In this document: one piece after another, positions 11,601 to 23,600 of the stretch
How positions within the stretch are numbered: position 1 is the first letter of the stretch
Layout of the letters: each line of letters starts with the position of its first letter
Origin: Gekko japonicus
Taxonomy: Eukaryota
Length of the DNA: 64,000 bases
Reading direction: 5' to 3'
Assembly: GCF_001447785.1 (NCBI RefSeq)
Contig: NW_015165235.1
Coordinates: 2,041,403 to 2,105,402, forward strand
Notes under the pieces: generated by a model
The model's database searches: none
The model's input: only the letters and a program-made list of their open reading frames with translations
What the model was told of the DNA's origin: nothing
Program-made: the position numbers and the translations under genes

Positions 11601-14600
11601 TGTATTCTGCAACTGAAATCAAGATTGCCACCTCAGACTTCAGAACATTATTTATAAGGAAATCCCCAAGTGGTGCAGGATGCTGGTGCAAATTTGATTT
11701 CTGTATGTACGTGGTGTCATGGTTTGTTTAATATCTGACACATATTGCTCTTCTGTTTAACAGTCTGGAATATGATGAGAACTCTTCAATTATATTTAGG
11801 CCCAATGCAAAGGTAATTATAAACTGATGCTGACCCCTTTATTTTAATGCAATTTTAAAAATTCAGAGTATTCGCCACTCATTAAGAAATGCCTGAAACC
11901 TTGACATAAGTATCTAACTGGCTGTGTAGATGCCACTTAGCATAGCTGACAAACAGTAGAATGAATAAGTAATTGAGGAATTCTGTCTTTTGTGAAGTGG
12001 CAGTCTGCTTTTCAAACTCCATCGCTTCTTTCAACTTTAGGCAACTCCTGTTTTCAGAAAGAAGGTCATGTTTTCAGGCATCTGTCTGCCACTGTGAGGA
12101 CTAGAATCTTTAAAAAATGGAGCAAAGGCTCTTAAGACTGCCACAGATACAGGCCATTAGCACTAGTCTAATTCTGTAGATTGTCTTACAGTTTGGCATA
12201 GTGGTTAAGTGTGCGGACTCTAATCTGGGAGAACTGGGTTTGATTCGTTGGAGGCCCCTGTATTCTGCAACTGAAATCAAGATTGCCACCTCAGACTTCA
12301 GAACATTATTTATAAGGAAATCCCCAAGTGGTGCAGGATGCTGGTGCAAATTTGATTTCTGTATGTACGTGGTGTCATGGTTTGTTTAATATCTGACACA
12401 TATTGCTCTTCTGTTTAACAGCCTGGAATATGATGAGAACTCTTCAATTATATTTAGGCCCAATGCAAAGGTAATTATAAACTGATGCTGACCCCTTTAT
12501 TTTAATGCAATTTTAAAAATTCAGAGTATTCGCCACTCAATAAGAAATGCCTGAAACCTTGACATAAGTATCTGACTGGCTGTGTAGATGCCACTTAGCA
12601 TAGCTGACAAACAGTAGAATGAATAAGTAATTGAGGAATTCTGTCTTTTGTGAAGTGGCAGTCTGCTTTTCAAACTCCATCGCTTCTTTCAACTTTAGGC
12701 AACTCCTGTTTTCAGAAAGAAGGTCATGTTTTCAGGCATCTGTCTGCCACTGTGAGGACTAGAATCTTTAAAAAATGGAGCAAAGGCTCTTAAGACTGCC
12801 ACAGATACAGGCCATTAGCACTAGTCTAATTCTGTAGATTGTCTTACAGTTTGGCATAGTGGTTAAGTGTGCGGACTCTAATCTGGGAGAACTGAGTTTG
12901 ATTCCCCACTCCTCCACTTGCAGCTGCTGGATGACCTTGGGCAAGCCATAGTTCTGTCAGAGGTGTTCTTGAAAAGAGCAGTTTCTGTCAGAGCTCTCTC
13001 AGCCCCACCTACTTCACAGGGTGTCTGTTGTGGGGAGGGGAAGGGAAAGGAGATTGTAAGCTGCTCTGAGACTCCGAGTGAAGGGTGGGGTATAAACCCA
13101 ATCTCTTCTCTTCTTCCTCTTCATAAATACTGTGCTTTTTTTTTTTAGTAAAACTTTGTCTCAAAAACATTGCATACATTCCAAAAGAGAAAATATTTCA
13201 GAGGCTTTTTCTCCAGTGTCCCCAAATATCTACATTTCCTGTTGGGAAAATTGAAATCAGGGTGGGAGGAGAACTGGAAAAAAATGGCAGTGGTGGGCAG
13301 GGGGTTTCACATCTCTCTAATCATTGTCGTCCTCCTCATGCCATTTTTTAAAAAAAAACACTTTCCCCTCCTTTTTATTTTGATTAATTTACTGAGCCAT
13401 ACTTTTCTACATACCCAGTTGAGTCCCTTGAGTTGGTAAGAGAAATGTGTTTTGCCTGTGGGTGGCCGTGTTGTGCAGATCTGCTTATTCACACAGAAAC
13501 CACCTTGTTCAGGATTAGATAGAATGATTGTTGTTGAGTTAGTCAAGTAGGTGAGAGTTGATATTTTCCGGGTTATATTTTGAATTCTTCCCTTTTCTTT
13601 CAAAAACTAGGTTAACACAGACGGCTTAGTTCTAAGAGGCTGGTACAACTGCTTGACGCTGGCAATATACGGCTCTGTTGATAGAGTAGTAAGCCATGAT
13701 AGGGACTCCCCTCCGCCCCCTCCTCCGCCACCACCTCCTCCTCAACAACCAACAGCTTTGAAAAGGACCCCCAAACTTGGTGAGTGTGCCTAAAACGTTT
13801 TTTTAAAAGCCAAGTCATGAAAGTGATTTTTTAAATATCAGTTGTACCCCTTATACCTAAACATTGCCTTCCAGTACTATTACTTTTGAAGTGTTTGGTT
13901 GTGGCTGGTGAAGTTATCTCTGCATATGCCAAGAGTATTCCCCCCCCCCTAACAGTATCCATTCAGCTACTTCCCAGGTGAGTCCTGAAACACAATTTTA
14001 AATGACCATTCGTTGTAACATGTTTTGTGGTTTGGTGGGAAATCTATTAAAAGAGGATGGATGCATACATAGGAGGCAGTTTCTCTTTTACCAGATCTTG
14101 CAGCTGGGGATTGGTTCATGTATGCAGCCTGCAGTCCTAAACTACTTTTCCTGGAGTAAGCTCTATGGAATAAAAGGGGACTTACTTCTGAGTAGACATT
14201 CTTGGAATTGATTCTGCAGTAAGATAATAATAAGGTGGCAGAATGGATCATGCCACTTCAGCCTGTAGGTAATGGATTCCAGCTTTGGATGTCCTTTGAA
14301 CCGGACAACTCAGTGCAGAGAGGACATNNNNNNNNNNNNNNNNNNNNNNNNNNNNNNNNNNNNNNNNNNNNNNNNNNNNNCTTTTAAGGGAGTTCTTAAC
14401 ATAAGGGAGCATTTCAAAATGCGATCATTATCCTGTCATCTGAAGAGGCATACTGTGACTGGCAGGATGTTCCAAAGTGTGGGAACAGTTGCTGAAAATG
14501 AGCCTGCATGGGGCTGTATTTGAACCAACCTCCCAAACAGAGGAGACTGTCAGAAGTCAGGCGCCATAGTTGGTGCATGGGCTTATCTGTTGAAAGGCAG

Positions 14601-17600
14601 TCCATTACATATGCAGCTCCCAAGCCATGCCTATCAAGTAAGGTGAATTGAAAAAGTTGTTTGGGCTTTTTCTGCCCCCCTGGATTGTGACCCTTTAAAA
14701 ATAGCCATTTTTTTCATTTTACAGAGCAGCATGTACATTAACTATGAATACGCTTTCTCTAACCCTTCATTATGGGTTGCATCCCAGGGATCAGGTCTGC
14801 ATAACAGGAGGCATTTTCCTCCTATGGAAGGAAGTAAAGCACCTTCACTAGCTGAACAGATCTGTGGTATTCAGCCCAATGTTGCTTATTCACATTATTA
14901 ATTATTGCAGCAACATGCTCATCATAATATCAACATGGTCATATAATTTTACGCTTGTTTGGTAATCCCAATTTAGTGGCTTCCCTTCCCAAACTGGTAA
15001 TTTTGTCTGTCTTGTTAGATTTGAGCCTACTGTGATAATTTACTGAGATGGAAGCTCTGGATTTTTCCATTGTTGGGTTATGAAGAACACTTCCATTGTT
15101 GGGTTAAAAAAAACACTTTTCATTTCCATTTAAAAATGTCTTTATAGCTGATGGTGAGAAAGAGGATCAATTCAATGGCAGTCCTCCACGACCACAGCCT
15201 AGAGGTCCAAGGACCCCACCAGGTCCTCCTCCTCCAGATGATGATGAAGATGAACCAATGCCTGTATCAGGTACCTTCTCTGTTGATCATTATTTGTGTA
15301 CATCTACATATAAGTAGAATGAGGAATACTTCATTTTACTAGCTAGAATTGTAAGATTTCACTGGTGATATCAGTTTTCTGCTTCTAATGAAAGCATCTG
15401 TGGTTTGATGTCTAGTGATGAGTATAAATGCAGTTTCAAAATAAGGAAGAATGTCTTGAACGTGCTTTCTTTACACTCATATCCTGCAGCACAGAGTCTG
15501 TGGTGCTGTGGCTCGAGTACTGTGGTGTGGTTTGGGCAACTGTACATGTTACAAGGTTTACCAGAGAAATTAAGTGTTCAGTCCAGTTCTCTATATGCAA
15601 TAGCTGAGTTGTAGCCCAGTGCTTCTAGACTAGCATACTTTTCAGAGAATCATCCCTGGGAAATGGCTGTTGTAACAAAATATATGTGCTGGGATGCTCT
15701 ATACATTGGCTTTGGTAAACATTTTATAGCTGTTGGGATGAGAACTTTGCCTGCTTTGGGACTGCAGAACCAAAGCAAATAATTAATTTAACCAAAGTGC
15801 CTCGGCTTCCCTATCTCAAGCAGTAAGAGCAGACTGTGTATGTTTTTAAAATCTACCCACAAATCCTTGTCTTTAAGGAGTACACAGTGTATATAGAAAG
15901 ACTGTAGTTGAAGTGCAAAGGATTCTTGCAAAAGACGTTTGATTTAAATAACTTGTATTCTTCATTAACCTTTATTGTAGGTTGCTTTCATTCTGTTTCT
16001 TTTTTTTAGAAAGAAATTCCACAATTTCTGCTATACATTTTAAATATGTTGTCTTGCTTTTAATATTCGCTTCAGTGGTCGGAGAAAAAGATGATGATGT
16101 TGATCACAGGGAGGATTACTTTGAGCCCATTTCTCCTGATCGGACGTCTGTTCATCCTGAGGGCCCATATTCTGATGAAGGAGAAGTGGAAGAAGACCAG
16201 CCTGAAGAAGTGGAGGATGATGAAGAGGGGGTAGATGTTGAAGAAGAGGAGGAGGATGAAGAGGATGATGATGGTCAAACAGTAGAGAGTATTCCAGAGG
16301 ATGAAGAAGAGGAGGAGGAAGATGAGGAGGAGGAGGAAGAAGCTGATGAAGAAGAAGAAGGTGAAGGTAGGCAAAGCATAAAAGCCAAAATTATTGTAAT
16401 TGTAAGACATGTATTCATGTTATGGTAGACTAGTTGATTCTCACACTGTATGTGTGTGTAAACTGTCACTACTGGAAAGGAAATAAGAACATATGAGGAG
16501 CTATACTGGGTCAGAGCAGCATTCTGTTCCCACAGTGATCAACCAGATGTCCCCAGAAAGCATAAAAGTCCTTCTGCAAGTGGTATTCAGATGTCATGTT
16601 AAGCAACTCAGACAGAACTTTAATGGTCCCCCACTGTCAACTCAAAAATAATGCTACCACTTGATGTTATAGTGAACTAGTGCCGATCATGCATGTGTGA
16701 GCTGGGCCTGCGAGTGAAATTAATGGCTGAGAACCAAGCACTTAAATAAGCAGTGGAGAAAAAGCTTCCAAAGTGGGAACTGTGCCTTGAGGGGATATCC
16801 TGTAATTTTTCTAAAACAAACACTTTTTTTGGGGGAAAGGGAGGTTCTCAACATTTAAATATGGAAAGAGATGCTGAAAACAGTGTTATCTAGAGAAGAG
16901 CCTATAGACTTTGCACCTTTCCAGCCATTCCTGGAGGGCTTCTAGTGTCCTGGCCCCACTGATGGACCTCCTGATGGCACCTGGTATTTTTGGCCACTGA
17001 CAGAGTGTTGGACTAGATGGGCCATCGCCTGATCCAACGTTGGCTTCTCTTATGTTCTTATATTCTTAAGTAGCCTTGTGCCATAAAGGCACAGTTCTGT
17101 TCATTTGCTGTAGGGCAGCTTTTGGTCAAAATAGGGACTGTGTTGGATAGAGATCTCATTTTCTCCATACTCAAGCTAGATTATGTTGTTGCAAGAAAAT
17201 GGCTGTTCCCCCGGTTGTTGTCAGTGATGCTCAGCAAGTGATAGTCAGCAAGCTTTTGGCTTTGTTAATAATGAATGACACAAATTCTCTTCCCCGGGGC
17301 TGTACCATTTCAATTTTTTCTAAGAAATAAAAATACTCTTTAGAGTTTGAGTGCTCTTCAATGGTTCCATTCAAGCAGTTCCACCCATTTATCTCTGGAA
17401 ACAGCCCCCCCCCCCCGCTTCTATCCAGCTAAACACTGGAGAGCAACACAGCAATGGAGTTTGCATATGGGTTGGGTTAATAGTCTAAGTCCCACCAACA
17501 CCTGATCTGGCCATCACAGGCCGTGTGCTGCATTCCTTGTGAAGAGTACTGGGGTTGTAGATTAGTAGGCAAGTTTAGTTTTTCAAAGTCTTCGCTTTCT

Positions 17601-20600
17601 TGGAGTTCTTCCTTGGAGCATAATAATGCCTGCATGTTCCTGTGTCCTTCGATCCATATTGTTTGTCTTGGTTGCTGAAGTTGTAGAGACAGAATTGTCA
17701 GCCGACCTACTTGCCTTTGTTTTGTTTGAACTTTGCCAATCTAGTCATGTTTACTGGGAAGTAAGTCTCACTCTGTTCAGCATAGCTTACTCCCAGGTAA
17801 GTGGGCCTAGAATTAGAGCTTTAGAGAATTTAAGGCAATTGTCGTTTTGACTGAAGGAAAGTTACTAAAACCATAGGATAAGAATTTCTGATGTGCAAAT
17901 TCAAAAGAGTAATTAGGTGATGTTTTTTATCCTTTTCTTATTGGTTGCTTTTTCTCTGTATTTTCAGTGGGTGCTATGCTGCTTGTTGGTAAGTAATTCT
18001 TCGATAGGTTTAAGGTGGCGTTATTCACCGTGGGGACACCCTATATATGATCAAAAAGAGAGGAATGATTGGGATGCTTCATTTTTCTCAACACCAATAC
18101 TTACATGTTCTTGGTTACTTTCTTGAATTAGACATGTCTGAATGCATTTTACAAGGTGGTCTTAAACCTTTGTTGCAGGGGATGATGGTTATGAGCAGAT
18201 TTCCAGTGATGAAGATGGGATTGCTGACTTGGAGCGTGAGACATTCAAGTATCCAAGCTTTGACATTGAGTACACAGCTGAGGACCTGGCCAGGGTGCCA
18301 CCCGTCACCTACGACCCTTTTGACAGGGAGCTTGGGCCCCTTCTGTACTTTAGCTGCCCCTACAAAACCACTTTTGAGACAGAAGTTGCCAAGCTGAGAG
18401 ATCAGGATCTAGACAAGGAAAATACCGGGGCAGCTGAGACCTCTGTTAAGTTGACTGAGCTCCTGGAACTGTATCAGGAGGAAAGAGGGGCAAAATGGGT
18501 CACTGCTTTGGAAGAAATTCCAAGTTTAACAGTCAAAGGACTGAGCTACTTGCAGATAAAGGACCCAAACCAGGATTATGTAAGCCAGTTGGTTGACTGG
18601 ACAATGCAGTCTTTGAACCTGCAGATGGCCCTGAGGCAGCCAATTGCTTTGAATGTCCGTCAGCTTAAAGCTGGGACAAAACTTGTCTCCTCACTAGTAG
18701 AATGTGGGACTCGAGGAATCACAGGCCTTCTGCGAGCGGGTGTCATTAATTCTTTATTTGAACTGCTGTTTGCGGATCATGTTTCTTCTTCTCTCAAACT
18801 CAACGCTTTCAAAGCTTTGGACAGTGTTATCAGCATGACTGAAGGAATTGAGGCTTTTTTGAAGTGTGGGTTGGAGGCGCATGAAAAAAGTGGCTATCAG
18901 AGGCTACTGGAGCTCATCCTGCTGGATCAGACTGTGAGGGTCGTCACCGCAGGCTCTGCGATTCTCCAGAAGTGCCACTTCTATGAGATTTTGTCTGAAG
19001 TAAAAAAAGTGGCCGACCAGTTGGCAGAAAATCCTCCTCTTCCTAATCACGCTGAGTCTGAGCAGGATTCAGATGCTGGGCTCGAGAGAGGCAACCAGGA
19101 ATATGAAAATGATGTGGAGGCCCCAATGGATATGGATAATCTTTTGGAGTCCTCCAGCATGAGCGAAGCAGAAGTGGAGAAACTCATTAGCCTTTTGGAT
19201 GAGATCTTACATTTGATGGAGACAGCCCCCCACACCATGATCCAGCCACCTGTGAAATCTTTCCCAACTACAGCACGTATTACAGGACCTCCAGAAAGGG
19301 ACGACCCTTTCCCAGTCCTATTCAGGCAAGTGTACCAAGCTGTCTTTATGCCTGCCAAAGAGCTGCTGGCTTTTGTATTTCCCTGTATTTTCAGCATTTG
19401 TGATTGCAATATACATGAAGTGTGTTGGTTAACAAGGGCAACACTGTATCTAATGCTGAAGATACTCCATTCTATACCGATACCTCCCTTTTGTTATTTC
19501 CACTGTTGTGTCTTCTGTCATGCTGTCTCATAACTCGATGTTTAGCCATGTCCTTCTAAGATAGTAGGTTTGTAGATAAGAGTGTTTTGGCCTGCACTGA
19601 GAAGATCCCCATTTGCACATGAAGCTTATTGAGTGGCCCAGTCAGGATGTGTCAGCTGAACGTAACTCACAGGGTGATTATGATGATAAAATGATACAAT
19701 TGCATGAAAAGCACCCTAAATTTGGAGGAATGGAAGGTTACATGTGTGACAAGTCTGATTGTTTAATAAAGTACTTGGGTTCAGGAGAGCAGTGCTGTCT
19801 GTCTGCCACATTATATCCTGCCACTCTTCCAAGCAGTGTGGAATACATGGTTCTGCCATCCTCCATTTAGGCTTTGCAACAACTGTGTCAAGTAGATTAG
19901 GCAAAGAGAGACTGCTGGCCCAAGGTTGTGAGTTCACAGAAAAGGGAGTTTAGAACCTCAGTCTCCCAAATGCTGCCCTGACCGTTACACACCACTACCT
20001 CTCGAATCCTGTAGAACTGTTTTATGTCCACTTTATGTACCATTTTATGTTTTATTTACCATTTTATGTCTGGGGGAAGTTTGGGTTCAAATTCGTAACA
20101 GTGGTTGTCTATCTCACAAAATGCTTAATCTTAATTAACCACAGTAGATGCTGTTATGACTGATTGTACTAAGGAAAATTAGGCTGTTTTTAAATAAAAG
20201 CTTCAGATAAGTCTTTGCATCTTTTAAATAATAATAAATAGGAAAAACATACAATAGCTAAGTAAACCTATAGTTAGTTGTCAGTCTTGGGGTTTCTTTT
20301 TAGCATTCTCATAGCCTTTTTCCTGACTAAGGAGCACAAATATTATTCTATAGTCGTGTGTTCAAAATCACTATGAATATTTATAATATGAATACAGAAT
20401 TATACTGTCTTCCATTTTTTGTACAGTTGCATGTAAGTTAGCAATCTCAAGTTACAGGAAATGGTTGGCCACCAGTATACTGTATCTTCCAATAATGTAT
20501 GTTTCTCTTTGATGTTTCTCTAGGTACCTCCATAATCACCATTTTTTGGAATCCGTTACATTGTTATTGTCCAATCCAATAACAAACGTACACCCTGGAG

Positions 20601-23600
20601 TGCTTCAGTCCATCAGGGACATACTGAGGTTCTTGGTGCAGTCACAGAAAGGTCTCCTCTTTTTTCTCTCTGAGTATGAAGCCACAAACCTGCTGGTTCG
20701 AGCCTTTTGCCAGTTTTCTGACCCTGATCAAGAGGAAGGTCTCCAGACAGATGGGGCAAGCGATGAAGCATTTCCCTTGTGGCTTCTTCACTCCACACAG
20801 ACTCTTCAGTGTATTTCAGAACTATTCTGCCACTTCCAGCGCTGCACGGCCACTGATGAAACTGATCATTCAGATCTCCTAGGAACACTTCATAACCTTT
20901 ACTTGATCACTTTTAACCCTGTTGGAAGATCTGCTGTAGCCCATGTCTTCAGCCTTGAGAAGAACCTCCAAAGTCTGATTACTTTAATGGAGTTCTATTC
21001 CAAAGAGGCTTTAGGGTAACTATAATTTCTGTTACCTTACTTCAATTTTCATGCATTAAGCTAGATGTTTGCAGGGGATGAGGGTTTCAGACACTTAACT
21101 TGGAGCTTGTTCTCTGTGATGGAATTCAGTATGCCATTTTACGGAATCTTGCTAACCTTCCCTTTTCTCTTTTCACAAAGGACTGCCTTAAAAGCAGTGA
21201 ACCAGATTTCCATAATTGTAGGGTGCTGGAAACTTTTTCTAGACTCCTCTTAGCCTACTTTGGGGTCTCTGTCTTTAACTGAGCATTAGGATTCCTTCCA
21301 GTCACTGCATAGTTATATGGCTGCTGTTGCTGCCAGGCTGGACAACATTTCTGTAGAAGTTTGGAAATATTTTTTCCCCCCACTTCGTTATTGATGGGAT
21401 CTGTATGACAAGATTTGAAAAACCGGCTCTGAGTTGTGTTACTACAAATTAAAAACCAAGCCACAGATGACACAAAAGAGTAGTGAGGATAAAAATGAAG
21501 CACTTGGGATGCTGACTGCCTTTTGAACCTTAGAATGACACAACAGAAAGCGGGAGTGTCCTCTGCCTCCTGTTCCTCCTCCTGTTCATCCCATGCAGAA
21601 CTGATCTTTTGTGTCTCCAGCATCATGTAGATCTACATTTCCCCCTTTCCTTGGGGGACAACAAAAAGTCTGCACACGGCAGCAGACTGGAGGCAGAAGA
21701 AAGTGTCAAGGTGGCACATTCACTTGTTCCTTTTTTATTCAGAACTGGTTCAAATCTGGCTGCCAAACTAGCCTTCTACTCCAACAGATTTGTCCCATAA
21801 ACCAAGTTAACTTGCATTACTGTAGAAAAGCCCATTTCTTCAACTAAAACAGAGTAACTGCTCTTCAAGTTCAAATGATGGATATTTGAACAGAGTCAAA
21901 AAGAATTTTAATACTGTTTATGCAAATGGATGCATACGCTTCTTTTGTGGAATTTTTTTATTGCATCAAAAATATATTCTCTTCAAGATGTAATTGTTTA
22001 AAAAGCATTACATAGTCTATAAATAAGAATCCAAATTGGCATATGGGGAGATTTTAGCTATGCCCAAAGCATGCCTCTTGTACATTGTTGCTCCAGAATA
22101 ACTTAATAATAAAAGCTAAATTGACTGCCAAAAGCATTCCAAGGAATTGACAGAGTGGAGCTACACAAATATTTGTAGCTTGTGTTCAAAGCTGTAAGTG
22201 CTGTCTGTATTCTCATTTGAGCTATTGCTTGATTGTGGCCAACGTTCTGAAAATATAAAGAAGAAAAACCAAAACCAAAGTTTCTAAAGATGAATTAATT
22301 TAAAGTAAATTAACACATGTCAGGATGACAGTCTCTCTTCCCAATTACAGTAACAGAACTTTCATTCTCCACTGCACAAATAGAGATGCTGATAAAAATC
22401 ATTCTCCACTGTGCAAATAGGGATGTTGATAAAAACTGGAATATGTAGACATAAAGATGCAAATATGGTACCTGATGTCGTTTTTAAAGTCTTAAAACCC
22501 TCCTCTGTTCCAGTGATTCGAAGTCAAAGAAGTCAGTTGCCTATAATTATGCCTGCATCCTTGTTCTGCTTGTGGTTCAGTCCTCGAGTGATGTCCAAAT
22601 GCTTGAGCAGTACTCGGCCGTCCTCTTGAAGCTTTGTAAGGCTGATGAAAATAACACCAAATTGCAAGGTACGGTACGTGCCATTATGGGGCAGTTTGGA
22701 CTGTTCAGAAGCAACGTTTTCAGTGTCTGTAATTAGGATTTTGGGACCATCTGGTTTTTGATAATGTGTGTAATGAGATTCCCTTTCTTTAAACAGATTA
22801 CTATGGTGACTCACTGAAGACTGCATGTTCTTCCCTCTATTATTAAAGAGGGGTTTTGTTATAAAAAGCTTCCTAGTTTGTGGCCCATTGGAGGCAATCG
22901 TTTGGTAATTGCAGAAAATGCCTGGTCTTTGACGGGAGGGAGGCATTTGTGACCCCTGTTATTCGTACAGCTCCTCCATCTCCATTTTGTGCATTTTGAG
23001 CTGATGCATCTGTATAACTTTAAAGCTTAGTGGGCAGGATCCAAAGTACTATACAACTTAGTTACTAATTCCCAAGAGAGTTCTATTCTTGTGTCCCTTA
23101 ACCATTATCCTCCTCTGCTGCATAGCGAAGGAGGGGAGGGTGCCACAACAGTTTCTGATACAGCATGGGAATGGGCTGCTGCTGAAAGAGAAGTAGTAAA
23201 GAATTCCATAGGCACGCCCAGTCCCATCGACATACCTAAAGTACTGACTGGTTTTCACCAATTTGTATGTAATATTTCTTTGCTAGATGCTGTTGTTGTT
23301 GTTTTTAAAAGAAAGGTGGGTTGTAAATATATATAAAATAGCTTTTTAGAACCTGACCAGTATTAAGATCATGTGTAGCTAAGATGGGATTTAACCGTGA
23401 CAATTTAAGGGATGGGATGTTTCAATTGCTAGTCACAACTGCCTGTTTGGGCAAGTAGACTAGGGGATTGTTCAAAGTTCTTGGCCCTTTTATAGGCTTA
23501 AGACGAGTCCAGTATTTTAAACCACGTTTTCCGAAATCCTTTTAAGGCTTATGTTAACTGCAGTCGATAGGATTTAATCTCAGGTTTGTTTTACAGCCTA

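Larger units (their letters stand above)
11590..12904 (+). repeat. Tandem duplication, ~657/658-bp unit, containing VIRMA exon 4
   Basis: 11590-12246 vs 12247-12904, about 5 differences by eye. Confidence 0.95.

Noticed and set aside
12188-12246. tRNA gene-like A/B boxes
   Set aside because: Truncated SINE head with no complete cloverleaf.
16072-16469. Antisense ORFs rich in F/L/I or poly-S
   Set aside because: Reverse complement of the GAA/GAG-rich acidic exon 7.
19326-19533. C-terminal extension of the 434-aa ORF ([11 protein letters not shown]...)
   Set aside because: Intron read-through past the GC donor; VIRMA homology resumes at 20524.
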